Source: a virus (Duplodnaviria > Caudoviricetes). Taken from it: a stretch of DNA of 53,402 bases. The notes below the pieces were generated by a model. The model did no database searches. It was not told where the DNA came from and saw only the letters and a list, made by a program, of their open reading frames with translations. Location of the stretch: positions 1 to 53,402 of IMG/VR virus record IMGVR_UViG_3300035659_000019; one strand, given 5' to 3'. This document shows, in pieces, positions 18,375-28,165 of the stretch. The position numbers and the translations under genes are program-made. Positions within the stretch are counted from its first letter, which is position 1; each line of letters opens with the position of its first letter.

Positions 18375-18493
18375 ACCACCGGCATACGTCTTGCCTTGGA
18401 ATCGTCATTACTAGCATCCTCGGTACTCTAGTCTACCTCTGCATCTGTGGAGGCTGCTATCTACTAATGGCTCTCGTCGGAGGTGGAGGATGA
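18371..18493 (+). CDS. Small single-TM peptide (40 aa, not in ORF track)
   Basis: ATGA-coupled to both neighbours; LGIVITSILGTLVYLCICGGCYLLMALV. Confidence 0.55.
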   Translation: MNHRHTSCLGIVITSILGTLVYLCICGGCYLLMALVGGGG

Positions 18494-18939
18494 CATATAC
18501 AGTAATAGGTATAGATCCAGGGCACACAACAGGCTTCGTGAAGGCGTGCCTCCATGATAACGATCGCATCGAGGTGGTGGACGCTCAAGAGATTGCGTGG
18601 GAGAGTAGGTTTGATCTCATACCTCTCTTGAAGTGTTACGTCGGATTGGCCCAACCAGCCTACGATGCGGTCGTCATGGAGTCCTTCAATCTATTTAGTT
18701 GGAAGGCGGAGGCGCAAATCGGTTCCGCCTTCCCTTCTGCTCAAATCATTGGTATCGCTGACACCGCCTTGTACCTTGCTGGCACACAGCACATGCTTCA
18801 CATGCTACCGCCCGCAGTCAAGGCCCGCATCTCGCTCGCCCGGATCCAAGATGCTCGGTGGCAAAAGAGTGAGCACCTCAAGGATGCCGTAAAGCTCATT
18901 CGGTACTACATTGTAAAGCATGTGTCTATTACAGCGTAA
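18490..18939 (+). CDS. RuvC-like Holliday junction resolvase
   Basis: VIGIDPGHTTG...VVMESF...HLKDA. Confidence 0.75.
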   Translation: MTYTVIGIDPGHTTGFVKACLHDNDRIEVVDAQEIAWESRFDLIPLLKCYVGLAQPAYDAVVMESFNLFSWKAEAQIGSAFPSAQIIGIADTALYLAGTQHMLHMLPPAVKARISLARIQDARWQKSEHLKDAVKLIRYYIVKHVSITA

Positions 18940-19076
18940 CATTCTACATATCCTCATTGAGGAGATGTCCCTCGGCAACTTAGACCCATCCTATTTCAGA
19001 GAGGGAGGCGGCGATTTGGCGTCTCCTTCGAGTGCAGCCATGTCTTTACACCAGCTAGCGGAAAGACTAAAGACCC

Positions 19077-20402
19077 ATGAAGACCCCTCGCCCCTACCAA
19101 GTAACAGCGATCCAGCTTGCCCTTGCTCGGAATGCCCTCATAGCAGATGTCTGCGGACTCGGTAAAACTCTAGACGCAGTCTGCGCAGCACGTCTATTCG
19201 TTGGAGGTATGCACGGCATACGGCGCATTCTCATCGTTTGCCCCCTACGAGTTCGACTACAATGGGTGGAAGAGATCCGTGATCAGAACCCCGAGGCAAA
19301 AGTCTTTGTCATTGACCCCGGACTCCCGCTCGATCTTCAAATCCCCGAAAAGCCTAAGCCCTCAGGTTGGTACATTGTCTACTACGAAGGGCTTGCTCGA
19401 AGCGCAAAGGATCTACGTCCTATTGTCTGGGATGTTATCATCGCGGACGAGGCACACCGCCTTAAGAACCGCAAAACACGTTGGACTATCCAACTCAAGA
19501 CTCTCACCGCGATCCGTAAAATCGCACTCACGGCTACACCCCAGGAGAAAGGCCCTCAAGATCTTTGGTCGCCAGGCAACTGGCTCTATCCAGACGTTTT
19601 TACCTCCTACTGGAAGTTCTTCGACCACTATGTCGATGTTGACGAATTCACAAACCGTCCCAAAGGGATAAAGAACGAGAAGCAACTCGCATCCGTTTTG
19701 GCTCGCTTCATGCTCCGCCGTACCAAGGAGCAGGTTGAGCCAGATCTTCCCCCTCGCATCATGCAAACCGTTGACGTACCTATGACTCTTGTTCAGCAGA
19801 AGATCTACAACGAGGTCTCTAAGTCTCGAGATCTCACTGTCAAGGTCGAAGGGCAAACCCCTATACTCCTAATCGAAAACGTGTTAACGCACATCGTACG
19901 CCTTCAGCAAATCTCCTCTTGGCCTCCGCTTCTCGACTTCACCTCCTCGTCGGGAAAGGTCAACTGGGTGCTCGATTGGCTAAACGACAACCCACAGGAG
20001 GTAGTCGTTATCTTCTGTAAGTTTCGCGGAACTGTGGATGCGCTCGTCAGATCCATAGGGAAAACGAAACTGGAGGTCGTCGTTGGCGGTGTGCAAAGCG
20101 TGCCTGAACGGTTCGTTAAGGGCGAAGTAAATATTCTCGTTGGAACGATCGCCGCGATGGGCGAAGGTCTCAATCTACAACGGGCGGACGTCGCGCTCTT
20201 TGTCGATCAGGAGTGGTCAACCATCAAGATGACCCAAGCGATCGATCGTATCCATCGTATTGGGATCACAGGTCCTAAGCTTGTCTATTACCTCCGCTCA
20301 ACCAAGACCGACGATCTAGTACTAAGGGCTATCGAGAAGAAATGGACGGAGACGGAATTAGTGTATGCAGCCATCGAAGAGTGGAAGGCCCAGTCTAAAT
20401 GA
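19077..20402 (+). CDS. SNF2-like SF2 helicase
   Basis: GLGKT, IADEAH, LTATP, GEGLNLQ, QAIDRIHRIG. Confidence 0.93.
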   Translation: MKTPRPYQVTAIQLALARNALIADVCGLGKTLDAVCAARLFVGGMHGIRRILIVCPLRVRLQWVEEIRDQNPEAKVFVIDPGLPLDLQIPEKPKPSGWYIVYYEGLARSAKDLRPIVWDVIIADEAHRLKNRKTRWTIQLKTLTAIRKIALTATPQEKGPQDLWSPGNWLYPDVFTSYWKFFDHYVDVDEFTNRPKGIKNEKQLASVLARFMLRRTKEQVEPDLPPRIMQTVDVPMTLVQQKIYNEVSKSRDLTVKVEGQTPILLIENVLTHIVRLQQISSWPPLLDFTSSSGKVNWVLDWLNDNPQEVVVIFCKFRGTVDALVRSIGKTKLEVVVGGVQSVPERFVKGEVNILVGTIAAMGEGLNLQRADVALFVDQEWSTIKMTQAIDRIHRIGITGPKLVYYLRSTKTDDLVLRAIEKKWTETELVYAAIEEWKAQSK

Positions 20403-20416
20403 AAGTTCTACTTTCA

Positions 20417-20450
20417 TTTTCACTTTGTTTTCACTTTCGTGAGTTATAAT
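20417..20450 (+). promoter_or_regulatory. Candidate activator-dependent middle promoter
   Basis: TTTTCACTTTG-TTTTCACTTT then TATAAT. Confidence 0.6.
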
Positions 20451-20492
20451 TAGGTTATCTCTCAACGGAGCCGGAGGAAAGAAGAGGACACT

Positions 20493-21575
20493 ATGAAACA
20501 TAGCATCCACATCAGCGATGTTAGAAGCTTCAAGTCATGCCGTCGCAAATGGGCTTGGTCTAGTCCGCTACGGCGTAACTTGGAGCCCAACATTCCATAC
20601 GCTCCGTTCTTTACTGGACGCGGGCTCCACTATTGTTTGGAGATGTTCTATAGAGAACATACACCATTCTTGGACTCCCTGAAGCGGTTCCTCGAAATCG
20701 AGCTAGCCGAGATGGAGAAGACTGGTCGTCTGTGGCCTCAGGAGCAGTCCAAGATGGACGAGCAGATTGCTCTCATGATGGGCATGCTTAGTCACTACAA
20801 CCTCTGGGTCACAAAGGACCGCACTACGCGACTACGTGACGAGAACATCGAATGGCTCTCGTTCGAAAGGGAATTCAGTGTCCCCCTCTACAACCCCTAT
20901 ACTGGAAATAAATCTTCCAAGGTATACCTTGCAGGACGTTTCGATGGACTTGTCAAGTTGCTGCCGGAAGGCGGCATATGGATTTGGGAGACTAAAAGTA
21001 CCAGATCCATCTTCGAACTCGAGAACAGCCTCGCAAATGACGAACAGTGCGGCGCTTACATCTATGCTGCAGAGCAGCTGTTCGGCGTACCTGTTACTGG
21101 CGTTATCTACAACGTCATGCGTAAGAAACTTCCAACAGAGCCTGCAGTCCTTCAAAACGGCCTCCTCTCGAAGAACAAGGCCATAGATACGACAGCAGAA
21201 GCATATCTGGAAGCGGTCCGTCGTAATCATCCTGACTGGGACAACGCTCTTACGCTACAGTTCTACGAGGACATACTACAGCATCTCATCGCTAAGGGCA
21301 ACACGTTCTTTGCTCGCGTAGCGATTTACCGTACGCCAACTGAGATTCAACGGTTGGCGTCAAATCTCTGGGCTGTCGCTTTGGAGATGACTCGTGAGTC
21401 AACGATCATTTATGATGCTCCGGGCTGGCTGAGTTGCAACTTCTGCCATTTCCGTGCCCCTTGCCTAGCAATGAATGCGGGTGCGGATCACGAGTTCCTA
21501 CTCGAGCAGGAGTATCGGAAGCGAACGGATACCAGAGAGCTACTGTACGCAGAGGAGGACCAGAATGGCAAGTAA
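20493..21575 (+). CDS. Cas4-like PD-(D/E)XK exonuclease
   Basis: N-terminal SCRRKW, GRFDGL...WETK, QCGAY, C-terminal CNFCHFRAPC. Confidence 0.85.
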   Translation: MKHSIHISDVRSFKSCRRKWAWSSPLRRNLEPNIPYAPFFTGRGLHYCLEMFYREHTPFLDSLKRFLEIELAEMEKTGRLWPQEQSKMDEQIALMMGMLSHYNLWVTKDRTTRLRDENIEWLSFEREFSVPLYNPYTGNKSSKVYLAGRFDGLVKLLPEGGIWIWETKSTRSIFELENSLANDEQCGAYIYAAEQLFGVPVTGVIYNVMRKKLPTEPAVLQNGLLSKNKAIDTTAEAYLEAVRRNHPDWDNALTLQFYEDILQHLIAKGNTFFARVAIYRTPTEIQRLASNLWAVALEMTRESTIIYDAPGWLSCNFCHFRAPCLAMNAGADHEFLLEQEYRKRTDTRELLYAEEDQNGK

Positions 21576-21990
21576 CCCAATAACAGCGGAGTACATCGCT
21601 GGGCTGTTCGATGGCGAGGGCTCTATATGCTGTCTCCATAATGTAAGTGGGACCCCCCGCGTACAGTTAAACGTTACGAACACAAATCGTGAGGTTCTAG
21701 TAGACCTCAAGGAGTTCTTTGGTTTTGGTACTATGGCTAATAGCTCGGCCTTTGGTACACGCCCATGTTACCAGTGGCAGCTTGCTGGAGCACCCAAGGT
21801 CATAGAGGTCCTAACTGAGTTGCTTCCGTACCTTCGGGTCAAAGAGAAGCAGGCAAAGATTGCGGTACAGCTATGCGAGCGAATCGCAAGTAGTGCTGGC
21901 CGGAGTAGGCGTCCCTTATCGGACGAAGAATACTCCATTCGCGAAGGCCTAGCGGCTGAAATTACTGCATACAACAAAGGAGGTACCTAA
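21565..21990 (+). mobile_element. Free-standing single-motif LAGLIDADG homing endonuclease gene (HEG1)
   Basis: EYIAGLFDGEGSI...LLPYLRVKEKQA. Confidence 0.9.
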
Positions 21991-22874
21991 TGGCAAGCCG
22001 CATCACAAGAATACAGCTCGAATCCCCATACATCAAAGCATTGTTCTACGGGCAGCCGGGCTCCACAAAAACCCGGACCGTTGCCACAGCCGCTATGGAC
22101 GAGAGACTTTCTCCCGTCCTAATGCTTGACTCAAGCGGTAATCCTATTAGCATTCGTAACTACCCACAGTTGCCGGACATCGTACAGATAGACTCACTAA
22201 CAGAGTACAATCCTATTTACGAATGGCTTGCTGCGGGTCAGCCTGAGGAACATGGTGTTCCCAAGAGCTTGGATCTTCATCCGCCAGTGCCATATAAGAC
22301 CGTTATTATTGACGGCGTTACAGGAGTTCAGCGTATGTCCTTTAGTATCGTAATCGGGACAACGAAAGCGGGTCCCGGTACGATCCAGGAGTCTGCCGAG
22401 TTTCAGCACTTCAACAAGGTACTCGCGCAGATGGTTACGTTCGCCAAGCTGTTCTATAGTCTTCATATGAACGTACTCATTACGTCCCTCGAGAGGGAAG
22501 ACGTGGACGAAGCAACTAAGACTATCCACTACAAACCTCTCTTATGGGGTCAGAGCGCTGGCGAGGTTCCTGGTTACGCGTACCTTGTTTCAAGGCTCGT
22601 CCATCGTGCTCGGCTAGAAAACAAGGACAAGATGGACCTAGAGGAGGCACATCGCCTTCATATCATCGAAGACTCAATTGGCGTCGGCACTGTCTCAGTT
22701 GCGTTATTCAGACCAACTGGCAAGTATATCGCAAAGGACCAATACGGCAAGTGTGGTCCGTTCATGGTGAATCCTACCATGACCAAAATTCTCGACAAGA
22801 TTCTGGCCGTTGAGCCAGTTCTTGAGGCGGGTGCAAACCCAACTAATCCTACCCCAGAAAGGAACCTAACCTAA
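21990..22874 (+). CDS. AAA_24/Sak4-like ATPase (recombination)
   Basis: ALFYGQPGSTKT, KTVIIDGVT, YIAKD; lies between the exonuclease and DUF669 genes. Confidence 0.8.
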   Translation: MASRITRIQLESPYIKALFYGQPGSTKTRTVATAAMDERLSPVLMLDSSGNPISIRNYPQLPDIVQIDSLTEYNPIYEWLAAGQPEEHGVPKSLDLHPPVPYKTVIIDGVTGVQRMSFSIVIGTTKAGPGTIQESAEFQHFNKVLAQMVTFAKLFYSLHMNVLITSLEREDVDEATKTIHYKPLLWGQSAGEVPGYAYLVSRLVHRARLENKDKMDLEEAHRLHIIEDSIGVGTVSVALFRPTGKYIAKDQYGKCGPFMVNPTMTKILDKILAVEPVLEAGANPTNPTPERNLT

Positions 22875-23284
22875 TGCCTGCTATTGATTTTTCCCAAGTC
22901 CAAGACCTAACCCCTATCCCGCAAGCTTCCTACCCTATGGAGATCGTTGCCGCAGAGGTTGGTGAGTCGAAGAAGGGTTTCGCTAAGATCGACCTTCGGT
23001 GGAAAGTGCTCGAAGGTGAGTTTGAAGGTCGTCAGATTTTCGACTCCATGAGCTTCCACCCCGACGCTCTGTGGAAGACGAAGGCGGTCCTTAAGGCTCT
23101 AAACTTCCCCGACGATTTCGCCGGTGAGGTCGGGCCTGAAGATCTCCTAAATCGCCAAGCGACGGTGTACGTATCTGTTGAGACTGGTCGAATCGATCCG
23201 GCCACTCAGGAGCCGTACCCCGATCGTAATCGGGTTGTCAAGGTCAAGCCGCTCGGCCAAACCATGAGCTCGCTGCTCGCCTAA
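22874..23284 (+). CDS. DUF669-like ssDNA-binding protein
   Basis: IDFS...PIPQASY...SKKG...LEGEFEGRQIFD...NRV. Confidence 0.75.
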   Translation: MPAIDFSQVQDLTPIPQASYPMEIVAAEVGESKKGFAKIDLRWKVLEGEFEGRQIFDSMSFHPDALWKTKAVLKALNFPDDFAGEVGPEDLLNRQATVYVSVETGRIDPATQEPYPDRNRVVKVKPLGQTMSSLLA

Positions 23285-23302
23285 CAACTCCATATAGACA
23301 CA

Positions 23303-23336
23303 AGACCCCTTCTAACCCGCCGGGAGGGGTCTCTTT
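23303..23336 (+). terminator. Intrinsic terminator
   Basis: AGACCCCT...AGGGGTCT followed by CTTT. Confidence 0.6.
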
Positions 23337-23339
23337 GTC

Positions 23340-25745
23340 GTGATGACCATGGACCCAAAGACGAATGCGTTTCTCACCCACTTTAAGTTCGGCGAGGGTT
23401 TGTTGGCTATCCTTACTGGCTCGCCGCCTCAGGCAGTCGCTTACTGTAAGGATATTCCGGAGACTCTACCGACTAATGAGGATGTCTACTTCGGCCCCGC
23501 AATGCGTAACAAACAGGGGAACACGAAGGACGACGTACTCGGTACAGTGGCTCTGTGGGTCGACGTTGATGATATGCAGAGACCACTATATACACTACCG
23601 CCTAGCGCGATGGTCTTTAGTGGACATGGATGGCATCTCTACTGGCTCCTTAAGGAGCCTCTAACAGACATACAAAGAATCGAAGAGCTCAACCAACTGC
23701 TAGCCAAGGATGTGCCTACGGCTGATCCAGCATGTTGGAACGTAAATAGGGTCCTACGCATTCCTGGGACCATCAATACGAAAGATCCAAGAGCCGATGT
23801 CGTACTCCGCAGCGATAATGCTCTACGATACATTCCTGATGACATTGCGGTACTGGGACACCTGGATCGCGCCGCCAAACATAAAATTCGGACGGGCGAC
23901 TCTCGAGGATTCCGATCTAGGAGCGAACGTGACTGGTCTATCATAACGGACTTAGTCTCCGCTGGCGCTACTGACGAATTGATACTTCTAATATTCAGTA
24001 ACCAGCCATGTGGAGATAAAGTTCGTGAGGCTCCTGATCAGTACCTAGAGCATACCATCGAAAAGATTCGAGCCAAGGTAACGGCTGGACATCCGCCGCC
24101 TGCAGGCTCAGCTATCGAGGAGCACGATGACGGCTACTACATGTGGTCACGCAGAGCAGTTAGGAGAGTTAGTACGTTCCTAATCGAACCAGTACTTCTT
24201 CTTGACGGCTCTGCATATCAAGCGGAAGACGCTATTGTGGGCAAAGTCAAAGCTAGCGGTTACACTTGGGACAACACAACATTCTCAAGGAGTGCGTTCA
24301 CGTCGATCCCAAAACTCGACAAGGAATGTCCGATGGCCGCTTGGCAATGGCTAGGCAGAGATGAGGATGTCCGGGCTCTGTTACCGTACCTCCTAGCTCA
24401 ACTACAAGAGAAAGGTCTTCCTAAAATAATGGCGAGCCCCTCTCTGGGGCTACATTACGTGCATGACGTACCCTACTTCCTTGGCGACAAGCAAGTGTTG
24501 AGCGGAGATCAGTTATGGGACGGCTTCAGTGGACCTATAGCTTGGTTACCGTCAAAGCGCGAGCATCCAAAACTAGACTTAAGGCCTGACGTGAACGAGC
24601 ATGAGCTCGAGATCCTACGGTCATTGGTACCGTATCTGAACGAACCCCAGGCAGTCTGGCCTATCTTGGGATGGTACGCAGCGGCGTGTATTAAACCATG
24701 GCTCGAGGTTAAAGGGTACCGCTTTCCCATTCTAAATGTAGTCGGTACGAAAGGGTCAGGTAAGACAACGTTGATACAACGTATCTTCATGCCATTATTT
24801 GGTCAGCTAGATCCCAGGAGCTACGACGCAGGTACGACACGATTTGTTACATTAGCACTGATGGGAGCATCGAATGCAATACCGGTCGCTTTTAGCGAGT
24901 TCCGTTACGATACTGTAGAACGGTTTATCCGCTTCATCCTGTTAGCCTACGATACTGGGCATGACCCACGTGGGCGTGGTGACCAGACTACCGTAGATTA
25001 TGCCTTATCCGCACCGTTTACGGTGGACGGTGAAGACTTAATTGAGGACCCGGCCGCGCGAGAACGTATAGTGGTTTGCCACTTACATCCTAACATGATC
25101 GCAGAAGGTTCGGACTCTTACAAAGCCTACAACGAGTTCCGGAACTGTATCCCGCCTCACTTTGGAGGGCACTTCATTCAGCTAGTCCTACGAGCAATGC
25201 AGTCAGGCGAACTGGAGACTCTCCTTGGGTGGTGTCGCGAAGTAGTGTTCTCGCAGTTTCCATCTAAGCTACCAGATCGAGTGAGACAGAATCACATAGT
25301 GTCTTATCTCGGTTGTGTACTTTGGTGTCGTGCCGTTAATATGGAACCGCCTTCGCCAGAGATTCTAACTAGATCGATCGCAAGCGTATACGATATAGCG
25401 ACGGGGAGAGCCCGCACGCTCGCAGACGCGATGGTCGAAGATGTTGTGAATGCCTGTGCGCAGACGACGTTGGCAATACGCTATGTGGTATTAGACGACG
25501 GTAGGACCCTATACTTCCAGCTATCCTCGGCACACAGCTGGTGGTTATCTGCTAGACGTCGCCAAGGCCGAGGCGCCTTGGAAAGAGATGCAATCCGGTC
25601 ACAAATGAAGGAAGCTCCATACATACGCGAGCCTAAGGTAATCGAGGGTACGTGGATGTACGGAGTTAGTTTAGTAGCAGCACAAGAGAGCGGATTAGAT
25701 GTACCTGATTACATCAACACCCGCGAGTTGAAAGTGAGGTTCTAA
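23340..25745 (+). CDS. Primase-helicase (RepB/AEP-like primase plus P-loop domain)
   Basis: LWVDVD, SGHGWHLYW, RVLRIPGTINTK, SRSERDW, Walker A GTKGSGKTT. Confidence 0.85.
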   Translation: MMTMDPKTNAFLTHFKFGEGLLAILTGSPPQAVAYCKDIPETLPTNEDVYFGPAMRNKQGNTKDDVLGTVALWVDVDDMQRPLYTLPPSAMVFSGHGWHLYWLLKEPLTDIQRIEELNQLLAKDVPTADPACWNVNRVLRIPGTINTKDPRADVVLRSDNALRYIPDDIAVLGHLDRAAKHKIRTGDSRGFRSRSERDWSIITDLVSAGATDELILLIFSNQPCGDKVREAPDQYLEHTIEKIRAKVTAGHPPPAGSAIEEHDDGYYMWSRRAVRRVSTFLIEPVLLLDGSAYQAEDAIVGKVKASGYTWDNTTFSRSAFTSIPKLDKECPMAAWQWLGRDEDVRALLPYLLAQLQEKGLPKIMASPSLGLHYVHDVPYFLGDKQVLSGDQLWDGFSGPIAWLPSKREHPKLDLRPDVNEHELEILRSLVPYLNEPQAVWPILGWYAAACIKPWLEVKGYRFPILNVVGTKGSGKTTLIQRIFMPLFGQLDPRSYDAGTTRFVTLALMGASNAIPVAFSEFRYDTVERFIRFILLAYDTGHDPRGRGDQTTVDYALSAPFTVDGEDLIEDPAARERIVVCHLHPNMIAEGSDSYKAYNEFRNCIPPHFGGHFIQLVLRAMQSGELETLLGWCREVVFSQFPSKLPDRVRQNHIVSYLGCVLWCRAVNMEPPSPEILTRSIASVYDIATGRARTLADAMVEDVVNACAQTTLAIRYVVLDDGRTLYFQLSSAHSWWLSARRRQGRGALERDAIRSQMKEAPYIREPKVIEGTWMYGVSLVAAQESGLDVPDYINTRELKVRF

Positions 25746-26059
25746 TGGATGGAAGAGTAACGTTGCGGTCAGCCGTAAAGAGCCAGCTCCAGACCTTGAA
25801 ATCGGAGACGGCTTTCTATTACGGCGAGGTTGTTGAAATAAAGGGCGTGAAGTTTACCATAACGCGTATGAACAACTCTACGCTATGTGTACACCCCATC
25901 AATAAGTTCCGGCATTTCGCTGGCATTCTTTTAGTAGAGGAGAGTGAACATGTTACAACAGGTGTTGCAGATTCAGAAGGAACTGGCGCCCCCGAGAGCA
26001 GTAGTACTCCTGTCGGGCGGGATGGACAGCACGACGTGCCTGTCCCAAGCAATCCGTGA
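25745..26059 (+). CDS. Hypothetical protein
   Basis: TAATG-coupled to the primase gene; overlaps queC. Confidence 0.45.
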   Translation: MDGRVTLRSAVKSQLQTLKSETAFYYGEVVEIKGVKFTITRMNNSTLCVHPINKFRHFAGILLVEESEHVTTGVADSEGTGAPESSSTPVGRDGQHDVPVPSNP

Positions 26060-26723
26060 CGGGAACGACGAGATCTTAGCGGTTACGTGTTTCTATGGAA
26101 GCAAACACGCCGCTGCAGAGGTTGGCGCTTCACGTCAGATCGTGGAGTGGTATAACAGTCGTGGCATAGCGAAGGTCGACCAACGAATCATCGAGCTACC
26201 TAATATCTTTAGAGGGTCGGGCTCGGCACTTATGAACGAGGTCAATATGCCACAGATGTCCTACGCAGACATACACGAGTCCTTTGGTCCTAGTCCAACG
26301 GTCGTACCGTTTCGCAATGCCAACCTTATCTCGGTAGCGACAACGCTCGCTATCGGCTTCAAGGCCACATCCGTATACATCGCTGCACACGCAGATGATG
26401 CACACAACTGGGCCTATCCTGATTGCACACCAGAGTTCCTGGGTGCGATGGCTGCTGCCGTGTACATAGGTTCGTACCATGCAGTTACCCTACGGTTTCC
26501 GTTCGTCTGGATGACCAAGGCCAACATCGTTGCGTGCGCGGAGATGGCGCCCTACGCTCCTCTCGGGCTCACCTGGTCTTGTTACGAAGACGGGCTACAA
26601 CAATGTGGTACTTGCCCAACGTGTATCGAACGTATCCACGCTTTTAGGGTGAACGGTTGGAAGGATCGACGTACTTACGAAGCTCCAGTCGATTGGATGA
26701 ATCTCCCGGAGTTTCCATATTAG
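25950..26723 (+). CDS. queC: 7-cyano-7-deazaguanine synthase
   Basis: VVLLSGGMDSTT, VPFRN, YPDCTPEF, TWSCY...CGTCPTC. Confidence 0.95.
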   Translation: MLQQVLQIQKELAPPRAVVLLSGGMDSTTCLSQAIRDGNDEILAVTCFYGSKHAAAEVGASRQIVEWYNSRGIAKVDQRIIELPNIFRGSGSALMNEVNMPQMSYADIHESFGPSPTVVPFRNANLISVATTLAIGFKATSVYIAAHADDAHNWAYPDCTPEFLGAMAAAVYIGSYHAVTLRFPFVWMTKANIVACAEMAPYAPLGLTWSCYEDGLQQCGTCPTCIERIHAFRVNGWKDRRTYEAPVDWMNLPEFPY

Positions 26724-26731
26724 GAGGATGT

Positions 26732-26977
26732 ATGAACTTCTTCAAAGACTCAACTACCAAAGACCTGCAAGAGATACTGACAGGTGTGGCCGCTCACGGC
26801 ACGCGACAGTTGGTCCAGAGAGTTTGGGCTGTAATTACTCTGACGGCCTGGTTTTCTCTGATGGCCTGCTTTTGGCTTCACATGTTTGCTACGGACGTAA
26901 AGGTAGTAGGTCCTTCCATCTTCTTCGCCGTTGTATTCATTAGTTGCGTAATCATCATACAAGGAGGTCCGAGATGA
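26732..26977 (+). CDS. Two-TM membrane protein
   Basis: AGGAGG RBS; two hydrophobic segments. Confidence 0.6.
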   Translation: MNFFKDSTTKDLQEILTGVAAHGTRQLVQRVWAVITLTAWFSLMACFWLHMFATDVKVVGPSIFFAVVFISCVIIIQGGPR

Positions 26978-27399
26978 CCGTTACTATATCGCGTGAGTAC
27001 TCGTTCAGCGCAGCACACCGCCTTGAGGGGCATCCCCAGTGCGGTCGTATGCATGGCCACAACTACGTAGTCGAGGTGATCGTCGAGGCAAGCATCTTCG
27101 AGCTATCGCCGAACGGCATGATCCTAGACTATCATGACCTCGACGAGATTGTCAAGCCCATCGTTGCACTACTGGATCATCGTTACCTTGTTAGCGATGC
27201 GAATGCTCGTGCTGGCGACGTTTACTATAAGGCAGTACCTCGTGACTGCTATCTCATGGATGTCGAGCAAACTACGGCGGAGCTCATTGCGGGATGGTTC
27301 TTTGCAAAGCTTGAGGTACACTACCGGCTAAAGCATTACGGGATAGTTGTGATCATCTCAGAGACTCCAAAGAGCAAGGCCGCATATGCGGCAGACTGA
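26974..27399 (+). CDS. queD: 6-carboxy-5,6,7,8-tetrahydropterin synthase
   Basis: FSAAHRL...CGRMHGHNY...LDHRYL...TTAE...ETP. Confidence 0.93.
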   Translation: MTVTISREYSFSAAHRLEGHPQCGRMHGHNYVVEVIVEASIFELSPNGMILDYHDLDEIVKPIVALLDHRYLVSDANARAGDVYYKAVPRDCYLMDVEQTTAELIAGWFFAKLEVHYRLKHYGIVVIISETPKSKAAYAAD

Positions 27400-27438
27400 T
27401 CTACGCCTAAAGGAGCTAAATAAGACAGGAGGTGAACT

Positions 27439-27792
27439 GTGAAGCAGGTCGATCTGGCCTATGCGGCAGGGTTCTTTGACGGAGAAGGGTCTATTACGAT
27501 CTCGAACAAAGGCGGTTATGTTCGAATCGAGGTAGCCGTCTCTCAAAAACTGCCTGCAGTACTCCAGTGGTGGGAGACTCACTTTGACGGCAATACATAT
27601 CACAGCGTAGTCTCCCAGTGGAAGATTCATGGCTCTAAAGGCGTCGCACTCTTAACGTTACTTCTCCCGTATCTTATCGTTAAGAATGTCGACGCTCAAG
27701 AGGCAATTCATATATGGTCGATACGAGCTGACCGCGAGCTCACGACACAACTAATCAATGAAAGGAAGGTTCGACGTGGTAAAGTTTCTTGA
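27439..27792 (+). mobile_element. Free-standing LAGLIDADG homing endonuclease gene (HEG2, divergent)
   Basis: LAYAAGFFDGEGSI...LLPYLIVK. Confidence 0.85.
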
Positions 27793-28165
27793 TGTCAATC
27801 CCGATGAGTTTGATAATACCCGAGAAGGCAGACGTGGACGTGTTGCGTATCCTATCCTAAAAGAGTTCCTTGAGACAGGCAAGTTCATGGCCCAGCTTGA
27901 TCGAACGGGAATGCAACAGTCGTTCCAGTCTCTCTGCAGTACGCTAAATGCGTACATCCGTAACCATGTTATGCCAATCAAGATTATCACCCGACAGATG
28001 CAAATCTACCTGATGCGGCTTGACGTGGATAAAGAAGGTAAGGCCATCCCAGACTGGGTTGCTAAGAGCCTCGGAGCTCCGCTCCTTCTAGGTGAGGCTC
28101 CCGTAATCGATGCTGCGGAAGTCCAAAAGCGGATGGCAGTTGAAATCAACAAGAGTACGAAATGA
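27776..28165 (+). CDS. Hypothetical protein
   Basis: GTG start after AAGGAAGG; ATGA-coupled to the next gene. Confidence 0.55.
   Translation: MVKFLDVNPDEFDNTREGRRGRVAYPILKEFLETGKFMAQLDRTGMQQSFQSLCSTLNAYIRNHVMPIKIITRQMQIYLMRLDVDKEGKAIPDWVAKSLGAPLLLGEAPVIDAAEVQKRMAVEINKSTK

Noticed and set aside
21565-21990. Group I intron or intein hosting the LAGLIDADG genes
   Set aside because: No non-coding flanks for a ribozyme core, no Cys/Ser...His-Asn splice ends, and the flanking genes are complete separate ORFs.
27439-27792. Start-codon duplication around HEG2 like HEG1 and HEG3
   Set aside because: Only the GTG start is shared (GTGAAG vs GTGGTA); no convincing duplication, although the downstream RBS again lies inside the HEG.
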